Assembly (NCBI RefSeq): GCF_030144855.1
Contig: NC_082714.1
Span: 93,620,001 to 93,684,000, forward strand
Origin: Hypanus sabinus
Taxonomy: Eukaryota
Length of the DNA stretch: 64,000 nucleotides
Direction of reading: 5' to 3'
In this document: positions 1 to 12,639 of the stretch, piece by piece
Position numbering within the stretch: the first letter of the stretch is position 1
How the letters are laid out: every line of letters begins with the position of its first letter
The notes under the pieces: model-generated
The model's database searches: none
What the model was told of the DNA's origin: nothing
The model's input: the letters and a program-made list of their open reading frames with translations, nothing else
Program-made: the position numbers and the translations under genes

Positions 1-54
1 TCCTTATGACCAGTTCCCCAACCCAGTCTTGCAGTCAGCCAGTATTCTCATGGT

Positions 55-260
55 TATCAAAAACACACCAGAGTCAGCAGATGCTGGAAATCCGGAGCAA
101 CACAAGCATAATGCTGGAGGAACTCATTAAGTTAGTTAGCATCTATAGAGATGTGCTGATGAACGGGCAGGGCCCGAAACATCGGCTGTTCATTCCCCGT
201 CATAGATACCGCCTGATCTGCTGAATTTGTTCAGCATTCTGCGTGTGTGTTGCTCACTCC
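55..260. mobile_element. Penelope-derived repeat with inverted arms and a degenerate hammerhead core
   Basis: The left arm (~95-150, caacaca..aatgctggaggaactca..gcatctatag) is an imperfect reverse complement of the right arm (~200-255). The centre reads CTGATGA(156-162)..GGG..CCC-GAAAC(176-180). Confidence 0.6.
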
Positions 261-939
261 CATCAAACTATTTGATAAACTTGGTTTCCTCTTTGGAGTT
301 TTTTTTTGTTATTCGGTATCATCTCTAAGTACTGGTACCGCCTTGGTAAAACTCTTACTATGATAACTTTTCCAAAGCATGTAATATTGTGCAGATCAGA
401 ACCAGAGAACATCATGGAAATACATCCTTAATCTTCAGTGAACTGTTTTATTTTTGTGGAGAGTTGGGTGATATGTGTGGGTCGGCTAAGAGGGAGATTC
501 CTTGGGATGGAAACACTTTTAGCAATTCATTCTTTGATCCGTGGAAGTTGATAATTACACCGGGGTTTAACCCCTTCAGACTGCATCTCACCAAATGCAC
601 TGAATTAATTCGCAATTATATTTGGCACGTTGACCTTCATATACTCAATAGTCATTTTATTATGTGTATCTATTAAGGTGTCCACTAAGTGTATGCTCGT
701 GGTCCTGAATTTTGTATCACTTCAGTTCATAAACGCTCTTCTGTACATCACTGTTGAAACGCGTGGTTATATGAAATATTGTCACCTTCCAGTCAGCTTG
801 AGCAAGTCTGGCTATTTTCCTCTAATCTCTCTCAGAAGCAAGGCGTTGGCGCCCACAAAAATTCCGCTCACTCGATGTTTTTATTTGTTTTCCTTTCTAG
901 ACTCCTTAATCTCCAGAGAATGTCTTTGAATATCTTTGG

Positions 940-1430
940 ATATCAGTAGTTTCGGAAAGATGTTATTAAACTGGAAAGATTTCAGATAAGATTTACAAGG
1001 ATGTTAGGAGTCGTGGGATGACTTACATTGGTACCGTGGACAGGCCAGGACTTCATTCCTTAAAACGTGGGAGATTGAGAAGTGATCATCTCGTGGGTAT
1101 AAAATCACTAACTGCAAATATATAGTGGAAGTCTTTATTCACAGATTTAAGTTATCAAGAAATGGAGGGCATAGGTGTCAAGTGAGAGGGGAAAGAGGAG
1201 ATGAACTTCAGGGGCAACCTTTTTACATAAAGGGTGGTATCTACCTGGATTTGGTTGAGACGGGTACAACGAAAACATAAAAAGTCAATTAAAGGCATGT
1301 ACATAGAAATTGTTGGGAGGGATATGGTTCAAGCACAGGCAAGTAGGACATACTTTTATGGACCACCATGATTAGCATGGACCAGTTGGATTGAAAGATT
1401 TGTTTCTGTGCTGTGTGATTTTGTGATTCT
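940..1430 (+). mobile_element. CR1 LINE 3' end, degraded
   Basis: The sequence gatttacaaggatgtt...gggagattgagaagtgatc... matches the RT C-terminus and 3'UTR of the CR1 copies at 38100-38610 and 54098-54582. Confidence 0.7.
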
Positions 1431-1689
1431 ATAACTCTGCTTATTTGATGCCTGTTAATGGAGCTCACAGTCATTTTTTTAATATTACATATGCGTGGTA
1501 TTTTGGGATTGATGACATTTTTTATGCAACTGTTCTGAAAATGTTGGCAACAATGCGATGAGACGGTCATGCATTAACATTGCGCCTTTCATGTACCGAG
1601 TACTGCCCAGAGACTTATCTTTCCTCATGAAGTTTCTGAGACGCGCCAGTCAATAGAAAGATCATGACTTGGTGACAGGAGACATGTAA

Positions 1690-2280
1690 AGGTGAATAGG
1701 CAGATAGCACAGAGCACCCCTGTGTCAATTACCCTTAATAATCAGAATACTGTTTTGGATGCTGTCGTGGGGGATCACCTCCCAGGAGAATGCAACGGAA
1801 ACCAGGTTATTAGCACAGAGCATGGGTCCATGGTTCAGAAGGGGAGCGGTAGTGACAGGGGACCCAATGATCAGGGGAACAGACAGGGATTTTAATGGAC
1901 GTGAACAGGACACCCGAATGGTATGTTGCCTCTCAGGTGCCACAGTCAGGGACGTCCCGGAACGCATCTACAGAATTTTGGAGAAAGAGGGAGAGCAGTC
2001 AGATGTCTTGGTACATATTGGTGCCAATGAGATAGGAAAGTGAAGCGGAGAGGTCCTGAAAAAGAATTTAGAGAGCCAGGCGGAAGCTGAGAAGCAAGAT
2101 CTCCCGGATAGTAATTTCTGGAATGCTGCCTGTGCCATGCAACAATGAGGGTAAAAGCAGGATGATTTTGCAAATTAATGTGTAGCTGAGAAGCTAATGC
2201 ATGGGACATGTCTTCAGGGATATTGGGATTTTTTTTGGGTGAGGTATGACCTGTGCATAATAAATAATATTGTTAGCTGC
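1690..2280 (+). mobile_element. CR1 ORF1 (SGNH esterase-like) fragment
   Basis: ORF 1759-2043 reads GDPMIRGTDR..VCCLSGATVRDV..VLVHIGANEIG, the GDS/HIGTND-type motifs of the CR1 ORF1 esterase. Confidence 0.8.
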
Positions 2281-3865
2281 CTTAATGACTATCGCCCGGT
2301 AGCACTCACATCTACAGTGATGAAATGATGAAATGTCATGACTAAACTGAACTCTTGCCTTAGCAAGGACCTGGACCAATTTCAATATGCCTATCGCCAC
2401 AATATGTCAACGACAGATGCAATCTCAATGACTCCTCAGAAAGCCCTAGACAAACTGGACACACATGCACCTATGTCGGGATGCTGTTCATCGACTGTAG
2501 CTCAGCATTTAGTACACTCATTCCCGGAATCCTGATTGAGAAATTGCAGAACCTGGGCCTCTGTAACTCCCTTTGCAATTGGATCCTCGATTTCCTTACC
2601 GGAGGACCACAAACTGTGCCGATTGGTGATATCAGCTCCTCTTCGCTGACGATTAACACACGTACACCTCAGGGCTGTGTGCTTAGCCCACGGCTCTACT
2701 CTCTATATACACAGGACTGCGTTGCTAGGTATAGCTCAAATACTATCCATAAATTTTCTGACAATACAGCCTTTGTTGCTAGAATCTCAGGTGGTGACGA
2801 GAGGGCGGACAGGAATGAAATATGCCAACTTTTGGAATGGTGTCGCATCGATAACCTGGCACTCGACTTCAGTAAGTCGAAAGAGCTAATTGTAGACTTC
2901 CGAAAGGGTAAGAAGAAGGAACACGTACCAATTCTCAGAGAAATCAGAAGTGGAGAGAATTAGCAGTTTAAAGTTCCTGTGTGTCAAGATCTCTGAGAAA
3001 CTAACCTGGTCCTAACGTATCGATGCAGTAATAACGAAGGCAAGAAAGCAGAAATACTTCATTAGGAGTTTGAAGAGATTTGGTAAGTCAACAAATGCAT
3101 TCAAAAACCTCGATAGAGCACTCTGAAAGGCTACATCACGGCCTGGTATGGGTTGGGGGGTGAATATTGCACAGGACGGAAAGAAGCTGCAGTGGGTTAA
3201 TTTTGTCCGCTCTATCTTGGGAACTAGCCAACAAAATACTCAGGGCGTCTTCATGGAGGGGTGTCTCAGAAAGGCTGCATACATTATTAAGTACCCCCAA
3301 GACCTAGGGCATGCCCCTTTCTCACTGTTACCATCGGGTAGGAGGTATAGAAGCCTGAAGGGACAGACTCGGAGATTCTGGAACAGCTTGTGTACCGCTT
3401 GGTGGCTCAATAATATTTGCGCAGGCTCCGGAGCAAAAGTTTCCGCGAGTGAATCCAAGTCGGGTTGAACGTCGAACTAGCAACTCAGCCTCGGAAAAAC
3501 AGGAATGGTTTGCTACGGAAACACCATCACACTCAAAAAGGCACACACTCAGCGATATTTCCCCTCTGCCAACCGATTCCGAAATGGTCAATGAACCCTT
3601 TGACACTACCTCACGTTTAATTTATATTATTTCTGCTTTTGCTCGATTTTTAATCTATTCNNNNNNNNNNNNNNNNNNNNNNNNNNNNNNNNNNNNNNNN
3701 NNNNNNNNNNNNNNNNNNNNNNNNNNNNNNNNNNNNNNNNNNNNNNNNNNNNNNNNNNNNNNNNNNNNNNNNNNNNNNNNNNNNNNNNNNNTGCATTGGA
3801 CTGCTGCTGTAAAGTTAACAGAGTTCACGTCAAATCCCGTTGTTAATAATCCTGATTCTGATTCA
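2281..3865 (+). mobile_element. Rex1/Babar-type non-LTR retrotransposon, 5'-truncated and decayed
   Basis: ORF 2481-2963 reads [37 protein letters not shown] (RT motifs). It has frameshifts and stops and spans the N gap. Confidence 0.75.
3661..3791. other. Assembly gap (131 N)
   Basis: Run of n. Confidence 1.
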
Positions 3866-3879
3866 AAAGTTGTATGTGA

Positions 3880-4830
3880 ATCGAAGGGGAACCAATAATC
3901 TCGGCAGCAGGTTTGTCAGAGCTTTTAGAAGGGTTTAAACAAACTTGGGCGCGGGAGGTGGTTGGGGGTGGCGGTGGGACGGCAGGTGGGAATCAGTATG
4001 AAGGAACCCAGGATTGGACGGATGGTGGAAAAGCAAAATTAGCGTGCAGTCAAAGTGCAGGATGGACATGCAGATGATAGGACATAATTACAGACAGCAG
4101 TGTGAGTATCAGTGCATTAGGGAAGCCTAATCAAAAAGGGTAACAGATGCCCCACTCAATGTTTAATATCTCAATGCACGGAGTATAAGAAATAACGTCG
4201 ATGATCCTGTTGCACTATAACAGATTGTCATGTATGGAATTTACAGAATCGTGGCTGAAGGATGGTTATATTCGGGTGAAGAATGCCCAAGGTACATGTT
4301 GTAACGGAGGGATAGGAAGGTAGGCACAGCGGATGGCATGGCTACGCTGGTATAGAATGGCAACAAAACAGTAGAAAGATGTGATTGGAAGATGTTGAAT
4401 CCTTGTGGGCTGAATTAAGAAACTACAAGGTTAAAAGTATTTTTATGGCAGTCATGTACAGGCCTCCCAACAGCAGCTGGGGTGTGGACAGTAGATTACA
4501 ACAGGAAAATTAGAAAACGCGTGTCAAATAGGAAAACTTATGGTAGTTATCGGAGATTTGAAAACGCAGGTCGATTGGGAAAATCAGATTGGAAATGGAT
4601 CGCAGGAGAGTGAGGTTGTTGAATGTCTACGAGATGGATTTTTAGAGCAGTTTGTCGTTGAGCATACTGGGGATCAGCTATACTGGATGAACCGGAGATG
4701 ATTAGCGAGCTTAATGTAAAAGAACCATTCGGAGTCAGTTATCACAATATGACTGAGTTCAACTTGAAATTTAATAGGGCGAAAGTAAGGCCTGATGTAG
4801 CAGCATTTTAGAGGAGTAAAGGAATTTTAA
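3880..4830 (+). mobile_element. CR1 ORF1 end and ORF2 endonuclease fragment
   Basis: Remnants of YLNARSI.NK and ..YRPP.. (ctcaatgcacggagtataagaaataa; tacaggcctcccaac). It continues the CR1 at 1690-2280, which the Rex element interrupts. Confidence 0.7.
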
Positions 4831-5750
4831 TGAATGCGCTTACATTGAACTACAGTTCAGTGGGGGTGGGCTTCTCCTATTCTATCTCTCCTCGTTGGAT
4901 GAAACCCATATCCCACAAATTAATGAAACCATATTGTATTGTGTCTGATGGATGGGTTTTCTACTGTAAGAAAGGAGGGCTGGGCTGACAGGATAGTTCA
5001 ACCAAAGGAGGTTGAGTGGACAGGCCAAAATAGGTGACAGTGCAGAATGAGTGTAGTGAAAAGTGATCAGCCCGAAAGACAGGCATGAGAGAGCCTGGCA
5101 ATGCCAGAGTGCTTCCAAGAGAGCCTCCGATTAGCGTTACACCACGGCCATTTGGAAATAAGAGCGATGTATTCATTTAGGAAAGGCTGCGGAACTCAAT
5201 ATTTTCATGTCCCACCAGTGGATGGGGTGGTTGATTGAAACCCGTCTGTCTCGAAGGACAATACGTAATGACATTCAACGTCATAAGCTGAGGCGGAATA
5301 TGTGGAGATCCTGGGATCCCAGTCGTAAAGATCACCCTCTCGCCTTTTCAAAGGAAAGCTTATGAAACAACACGTTTGGCACCTGTTTGGCCCAAGGATT
5401 TGCCGGAATTATGTTCAATTACGTCCAGTCACCTTAGGTGCTCCACTCTGGAGTCAGTAAGTATACATTATTTATGAAGGTGTCTGTTGTCTTACTCACA
5501 GAAAGGAAATCGGGCGATATGGAGAGCGCGCAAGGAAGGAGGAATTTTCTCGGTGGTCTTATTATTGTGATACAGAGTCGATGGAATAAAGTATGTACTC
5601 CAGCTCTTCCATACCTTTTTACTGGACAGATCGAATCGGGATTAGTCGAGTGGGTGTCCGTATTGAGTTATGGGAGTGTGAGTTTGAGACCTGCAAAGCA
5701 GTTTGCTAATAAACTCGGACATTACCCTTCCCTATCAAACCCACAGTGAC
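4830..5750 (-). mobile_element. Old L1/Tx1-like ORF2 C-terminal fragment
   Basis: The minus-strand translation of this block and its paralogue (30830-31750) gives broken stretches that resemble an L1 ORF2 C-terminus. It has many stops. Confidence 0.4.
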
Positions 5751-7088
5751 GCAAATTGCTGATGTGATTTCTCTTCTTTGCGAAGCAACGCAGTTGGTGC
5801 GGTCTTTGGGCGGGGAGGAGGCGTGAGTGGGTGGTGATGGGCTAAGGAAGAGGGCTGACGGGTGACCATTTTGAATACTGCAGTCTTCTTTTATTGAGGA
5901 AGTACAATTGCTGGAAGACGCCGAATCACATCACCTGACCTTGCATCTTCCTTACTTTATGTAATTAGTTGTAGTTTGGTGACTTTCATTCAACTACCCC
6001 AAAAGCTTTACCGGCTACTCAACTGTGACTGCTCACCTAAGCCTCTTGAGCTAAAGTCGGCCATCTCCGCTCTCTCCACTGGTAAACCATACCCCGAAGC
6101 GACCCTTAGTCCTGCCTTGCTCGGCCTACAAAAGCGCCGCCCCTGCTCGAATTGTATGTCCACTTGTTTTTTTTTTACTTTGAAAATTACGCTAAACGCC
6201 TCTATTACCGTTAGGAAAGGCGAACCGCTTACGCAAAGGCGATAAAAAAACCGGCCGCCAAAACAAGGGATAGACGGGAAAAAAATGAAAACAAGTTATA
6301 TAGACAGCCGCGTTCAAAATTTAAAATAGATCAAAAGAATGCCAAAGGCCAAATCAACCAAACCCATTTCTCACTTCCACACTCTTCCAGACAGCGCTAA
6401 AAGTCCTTCCGAAGTCTGCTACTACAGCACCATTAGGATGAACAAGAGCTCAGCGTGCGGAGGTTCCGTTGTCTTAGAAGTGATAGAGCGGGAAAAATGA
6501 AAGGAGGAGGTGTGGTGTTACTTCTCAGGGAAAATATCATGGCAGTGCTCAGTGAGAAATGAATGCAGAGCTCGTCTAATCAGAGCTTATAGTTAGAAAC
6601 GAGCAATAAGGAAGGTATAAAATGTTTAATGGGTTTATATTATGGACCAGCCAACAATTTGTAGAGCAGACTGTGGATGTCATAGTTCAACCAATGTTTA
6701 TAGTGGGAAACATTCTGAATGGTTTTGTGAGGACACACTCGTCTACGACTGTTTTAAAGTCTGTGACAACCGTATTCAGATGTTCAGATGTGTCATTGAA
6801 CATTTCCCAGTCCGCGACTAGAAGTAGTCCAGTACCCATCCACCGCTTTCTGCGACCGTCCCTTTGTTGTCCTTGGCGTTGGAGCCTTCTGTATACAGGA
6901 AGGAGAAGGGATCAGTGGGCAAATGATCAGGTTTCCCTAAATGCGGTCTTGGCAGGAAACAGTAGGTATTCCTTGTTTTTATATACCAATGATATCGTGT
7001 GTTGTGACGCCTGGCGTTACAGATGATATGTTGATGATTATTGGGCAGAGAATTTTTGGACTGGAGAACCAACTATGATTTGAAATCC

Positions 7089-7241
7089 ATATAACCATAT
7101 AACAATTACAGCACAGAAACAGACCATCTCGTCCCTTCTAGTCCGTGCCTAACGCATACACAACTAGTCCCACTCACCCGCACTCAGCCCATAACACTCC
7201 ATTCCTTTCCTGTCCATATATCTGTCCAATTTTACTTTTAA
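7089..7241 (-). mobile_element. Short CR1 3'-end insertion with 8-bp TSD
   Basis: It has an atataaccatataacaattacagcac tail and is flanked by tgaaatcc at 7081-7088 and 7242-7249. The paralogous empty site has one tgaaatcc at 33268-33275. Confidence 0.85.
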
Positions 7242-7631
7242 TGAAATCCGTCGGGTGACGGGTGTGAGGTTTGGTGATAGCAGCCGTCAATACCGAGCAC
7301 CACAAAGAATTTACCATGAATATGTGACAAATAAGACTAATCACATACTTGCCTTTGTTCCTGGAATGACACGATAGATTAGGAAAGCGTGATTAAAAGT
7401 TGAGTCCCATCCACACACAATTAAATCCCGAAATTGCGTTAAGTTATAAGAAGCTGTAGTATTGCTCTTGGTATCGCTCTTTATACTCCGCGCACCAAGG
7501 GGTAATATTCCTTTGTGCAACTCAGGACTGATTTGCATGAAAGGAATCACATAACAAACGAAAGCTACCGTATGAAGTACAACCAGGTTCTTGTTGCGAT
7601 CTCTCGCACCATCTTTCAGGGAAGGATGGTG

Positions 7632-7693
7632 CAACAACATCTCTATGAGTGTCCAACAACATCTCTATGAGTGTCCAACAACATCTCCATGAG
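7632..7693. repeat. 22-bp tandem repeat, ~3 copies (caacaacatctctatgagtgtc)
   Basis: Read directly; no spacers between units. Confidence 0.9.
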
Positions 7694-8119
7694 GCTCCTG
7701 CTTCTGTTTCATGGTCGCAGTTGAAAAATTGTAAATCAGTTAAATACATGGAGGAATTAAAACGCATCAGATTGACACCTTACTTGGATGTCCAGTGCCA
7801 AATTTATTTTCCGAATCTGTTCCGCTCTGAAGATTTATTACTCAGAACAACAATTAAGCTGCAATGGTAATATCTTTTTCTCCGTCTTAAGCCCGTCACC
7901 CCCGCTGGATTGCAGAACGCCGACAGATACTTCTCCTCCCATGGATAGGATCTTTGGATGTTCTCTGGCGTGGGATTGATGCCCAATCTATTTGGAGAAA
8001 TAAGTTGAATATTGAATGCAGGTCTTCCACCTTTAAGCGCGACATTTGTCATGCGCTCCGCTAATTTCCTTACGGAATTTCCGTCGGATTGTTGATATCC
8101 CATTAATTACCATTTATTG

Positions 8120-8400
8120 CTGATGTTTCCATAGATGCTTGACCTGCTGATTTCCTCCTACAGCTTGTGTGTGTTGCCGCAGTTTCAAATTAACTGGGGT
8201 AATATATGAACTGAAAAAGAAGAACAGTTAAAGGCAGGGAGCAAAGATTACAAATAACTGTGAAACTTCTTTTTAAGTTAGATCCTGAAGAGGGGTCTCG
8301 GCCCGAAACGTCCTCTGTTTATTCATTTCCCTAGAACTTGCCTGGCCTGCTGAGTTCCTCCAGCATCTTGTTTGTGTTGCTTTTGAATTCCAGCATCATG
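8120..8400 (+). mobile_element. Penelope-derived repeat carrying a minimal hammerhead ribozyme core
   Basis: CTGAAGA(8285-8291)-GGGG-tctcgg-CCC-GAAA(8305-8308)-CGTC is followed by the gcctggcctgctgagttcctccagcat..tgtgttgct tail. Confidence 0.7.
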
Positions 8401-8529
8401 TGCCGAAACGGATGATCTATTTTGCTAAAGTTTTGTGGGTTCGCTGTTTACATTGGTCACAATTCTGTACTTTCGTTAAAGGTTGAGAACAATCGAGTGA
8501 TGTAGGAATTAAATTCTTCCACCTTACAG

Positions 8530-9560
8530 AATACTGTCAGTAGTCACTTAGATGGTACACTTATATACTCGATCATTCATGTAAATATGTAATCAAGTGG
8601 CTACAGCTTGTTTTATAAAAGTAGGCATATATAGTAAAGAAGTTCAGTTGTTGTTTAGACTACACAACGGAATGGAGAACAAAAGTGCTCCAAGTGATTT
8701 TGACCGGAATGATATTTGGTGCCAGATGGAGAGCTTCGAGTATTTCGGAAACCGCTGCTCTCCTGGAATTTTAACACACAACTGATTCAGATTCAGATTC
8801 AGTTTATTGTTATTTAGAAACCACAAATGCAATGCAGTTAAAAAAATGAGCCAACGTTCCTCCAGAATGATATCACAAAAGCATATGACAAAACAGTCTA
8901 CACTAGAAAATCCACATAACGTTTGGCAATCCCCAATCCAGAGTCCGGAGAGGCTGCTGCATATAATATCGCGCTACCATCTTAGCGCTTTTCCCGGAAA
9001 GGAGCTTCGAATCCACCAGACAAAGAAGACCAAAAACTAAAGCTACAAGACCTGCACAAAACCACGTAGTTACAACAGTGCAAACAATAGCATAATTAAT
9101 AAAAAACAGACTATGGGCACAGTAAAAATAGTCCAAAGATGTTAAAGGACTATAAGTTCAAAAGAAATCACCACACAGTTTCCACCAGTCCCAAGAGTCC
9201 CGACAGACTAGCCATCCCACGCCGGCGGCAGAAGGGAATATCCATTCTGTTATTGGAATTTACAGAAAATCATGCTAAAACAAACAATTAAACAGTTAAA
9301 GATATCTATCCAGTGAGCAGCATTTGTATTTGTTAAAACGAATTGATATTGAGAGATGTCAGAGGAGGGTAGTCAGACTAGTTCAAGATGACAGTAAAGC
9401 GACGGGAACTCGATTGTACTAACACAGTTGTGCAGATCACGTGGTTCAACAGTGATGAAGAGGAGCATCTCTGAATGCAGATAATGTGGAACAGCAGCAG
9501 AAGGGTATTAACATACAGGAAATACCTCAAAGAAGTAACGGTACAGATTACTATTATATT
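8530..9560 (+). mobile_element. Tc1/mariner-derived non-autonomous element, interrupted by a Rex 3' fragment
   Basis: It has a tcagtagtcacttag terminus and transposase N-terminal remnants (DFDRNDIWCQ..ISETA; aaccacgcgtt.caacagtg..gcatctctgaa). Related copies are at 34610-34995 (-) and 39210-39700. Confidence 0.7.
8790..9250 (-). mobile_element. Rex-type 3' fragment with (attcag)n tail, present only in U1
   Basis: It starts with gattcagattcagattcagtttattg. The paralogue at 39380-39410 runs straight through without it. Confidence 0.65.
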
Positions 9561-9789
9561 TCCTCCATTGTCTCTTCCCAATCCGCCTGTTTACTTCTGC
9601 CATCTAATAACTCGCTGATTTGTTTAAATCTCGATATGCTGGTGGGAGTATATTCGTGCCTTAACAGTTCATGTGAAGCAAGTGAAAGAGGATGCCCAGA
9701 ACTGATACTTGGCGACCAAGACTCCATGGGAGAAGGTAGGGAATAAATAAACCAACGGAAATCGGAATGGGGAATGGTGAAGTGGGGGA

Positions 9790-10730
9790 GCATCTGGAAG
9801 TGCAAAAGATCGAGACTGATGCCAACAGGTTGGACGGTCCTTGGACGGAAGAGAAGACGTTGCTCCTCCAGCCTGTGTGTAGCCTCATCATGACAGTAGA
9901 CGAGGCCATGGACTGACATGCCGTGATTGGAAAGGGAAGTGGAATTAAAATGCGTGGACATTGGGAGATCCAGCTTCTTCTGGCTTAGGTGCTCAGCGAA
10001 GCGGTCTCCGAATCTACGTTGGGTTTCACCAATATTTGGAGGCTACATCAGGAGCACCAGATATAGTAGGTGACCGCAACAGACTCACAGGCGGAGCATC
10101 GCATCACCTGGAATGAGTGTTTGGGTCCCTGAATGGTATTGAGGGAGGATGTATAGAGGCAGTGGAAAGGCACGAAGGAGGTCGCATACAGTGCGATCAG
10201 CGCGGAAAGCATAAAATTGAGAGGGGAAGACGGAAAGGTGCTTGGTGTTGGTATCCTGTAGGAGATGGTGGAAGTTACAGTGAAGCCTACTGGACACGAA
10301 GGCCGGTTGTGTGATCGGTGATGACAAGAGGAATCCTATCCCTCGTAGGGTGGTGGAGGATGAGGTCAGGATCCAAGTGTTTGAAATGAAAGTGATGCGG
10401 TTGAGGGCAGCGTTGATGGTGCAGAATGAAAAGCACCTTTCTTTGAAGAAGGAGGACAACTTTGTTTTGATACTGAAAAGAGATGCGGTGGAGACGGAGG
10501 AATCGAAAGAAGTTGATGGCACCTTTACGAATAATTGCATATTGAAGAGGTGTTGTCTAGGTAGCTGTGAGAATCAATGAGCTTATAATAGACATCTAAA
10601 TAACCTTACCTCCAAAGATCAAAGCCGAGAGATCGAAACAGGAGAAGGAGGTGTCGGAAATAAACAAAATATATTTGTGGACAGCGTGAAGGTTGGAGGA
10701 AAATTTGATGAGGTCGGCGTTCTCCCCAAT
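9790..10730 (-). mobile_element. Old Rex/L2-like RT fragment
   Basis: Antisense, decayed RT-like sequence (ccagcctgtgtgtagcctcatc; aggaatcctatccctcgtag). The family call is uncertain. Confidence 0.45.
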
Positions 10731-11545
10731 CACGAAGCATGCCTGAATTAGTAGAAGACGACAAAGTGTGATACCTCTTCAGACAGCAAAGAAATAAACT
10801 GTCAACGAATGCCTGAAAGAAAGTATCGAAGTGAAGGATGGCAAATTTCCAGAGTATGGCCGTTTTGGTAAACTCAGATGTTGTGAATAAATCTCTTGGT
10901 GTTTACCTGGACTTTAGCAAGTCCCTTCTCAAGTATCCGCATGGTAAGATGGTTCGGAAGCTTGGAAAACATAAGGGCCAACATGAGTGTGCCAATCACC
11001 TAAAAAATCTTTGTGTGTCATTGGACTGGGAGCAGTACTGAAGCATTCTTTTGCACACTGGCGGACTGTTGTCAATGGTGTACAATAGGGACATGTGCTG
11101 ACTCCACGATTGCTCGGCTATAATAATCATTTGGATGATAAAGTTGGAATGCTTTGCATGTTGCATTTTGGATTGATAAGCTGCAATAACATCCGCGTCA
11201 AATTCCAGGAACCTGGGGAGTGTTGTAGAACAGAGAGACTGAGGGACGCCAGTGGCAGAAGGAATGATGCTACATAATTTTATGTCCAAATATATATCAA
11301 TTCTAGACTGGAATTTGGCGGACTATTAGAGAGTGAATTTCATCAGTTGTCAGTTCCTGATGGAACTGCGTGATAGCACAGTTTCTTATCCTGGCCACCA
11401 TCGCTTAACCCCCTCCCCACCAGCCCTACCACAACAGAGGAGAAATACTTTAAATTCCTTTTGCTTTCAATTCAGTAATGCATAATACGATTGCCTCTCA
11501 TTTTCTTGAACTTTAGAGAGAGCTTGACTTCTCCTTCTCAGCCTT

Positions 11546-12624
11546 TCTAAATCTTTTTATTAGTATTAGTAATATGGACAGAATACAAATGATATATTGA
11601 TAAAAAAATTACCAACATACACATTCCATTACATATGAAAAAAACATACATAATAGTTACAATATATATGGGTTTACCAAGACCTAAGCCATAAGATATA
11701 TGTATGGACATAGTAAATCTAAATATTTCATAATGTATAATATAAAGAAAACAGAAAAAGGAAAGAAAAAAAACAAAAAAAATTTATAATGCAAAACTAG
11801 CTAATCTAATAACTAGAGCTAATAAGTAATAAAAAAAAGAAACAAAAAAAAAGAGAAAGAAAAGAAAAAAAAGGGGGGCTGTTTATAATATCTCACAAAA
11901 ATAAGTATTCATCAATGCCGTCACTTCCGGTCCTCTCAAAATACATAAGTTAAAAGCTGGGAAATCAAAAGAACTTGGCACAGGGTCATATTACATCATA
12001 TGAAAATGTTGAATAAATGGTCTCCATAACTTTATAATATAATTATGAAGATACGTTCAGAGCCTCTTTATAAGACTAAAAAGGATTGGGAAAGAGAGCT
12101 TAGTTTTAGTATTTCTAGTGAGAATTGGGATAGAATTCTTCAATTAGTTAATACATCATCGTTATGTGCCAAACCTTCACTAATACAATTTAAGGTCGTA
12201 CATAGGGCCCATATGTCCAAGGATAAATTAGCTCGTTTTTACTCTCATATAAGTCCTATTTGTGATAGATGTCATTCTGAAATTGCGTCTTTAACTCATA
12301 TGTTTTGGACGTGTTCATTTCTGGAGAAATTTTGGAAAGATATTTTTGATATTATTTCTGCGGTTTTGAATATCGATTTACAACCTCATCCTATTACCGC
12401 AATTTTTGGTTTACCAATGTTAGACTCACTGCATTTATCTTCTTCAGCCCGTCGAATGATTGCATTTCTAACTCTGATGGCTAGAAGATCTATATTGTTG
12501 AATTGGAAAGAAATTGATCCTCCCAGTGTATTTAATTGGTTCTCTCAAACTATGTTATGTTTAAATTTAGAAAAAAAATAGAAGTGGTACTTTTGAGACC
12601 TATTAAATTAGAAAAGTTATGGAG
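11546..12624 (-). mobile_element. L1 insertion with 5' inversion (twin priming) and 14-bp TSD
   Basis: The 3'UTR and aataaaaagatttagaa tail are on the minus strand (11546-12034). The L1 ORF2 C-terminus with CDRC..HMFWTC zinc knuckle is on the plus strand (12045-12581). TSD tccttctcagcctt is at 11532-11545 and 12625-12638. Confidence 0.9.
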
Positions 12625-12639
12625 TCCTTCTCAGCCTTA

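Noticed and set aside
7529-7538. Ig promoter decamer TGATTTGCAT
   Set aside because: No signal-peptide exon or V exon follows; the next ATG gives MKYNQVLVAISRTIFQG and then a tandem repeat.
7632-7693. CRISPR-like direct repeats
   Set aside because: The units are head-to-tail with no spacers, and the context is eukaryotic.
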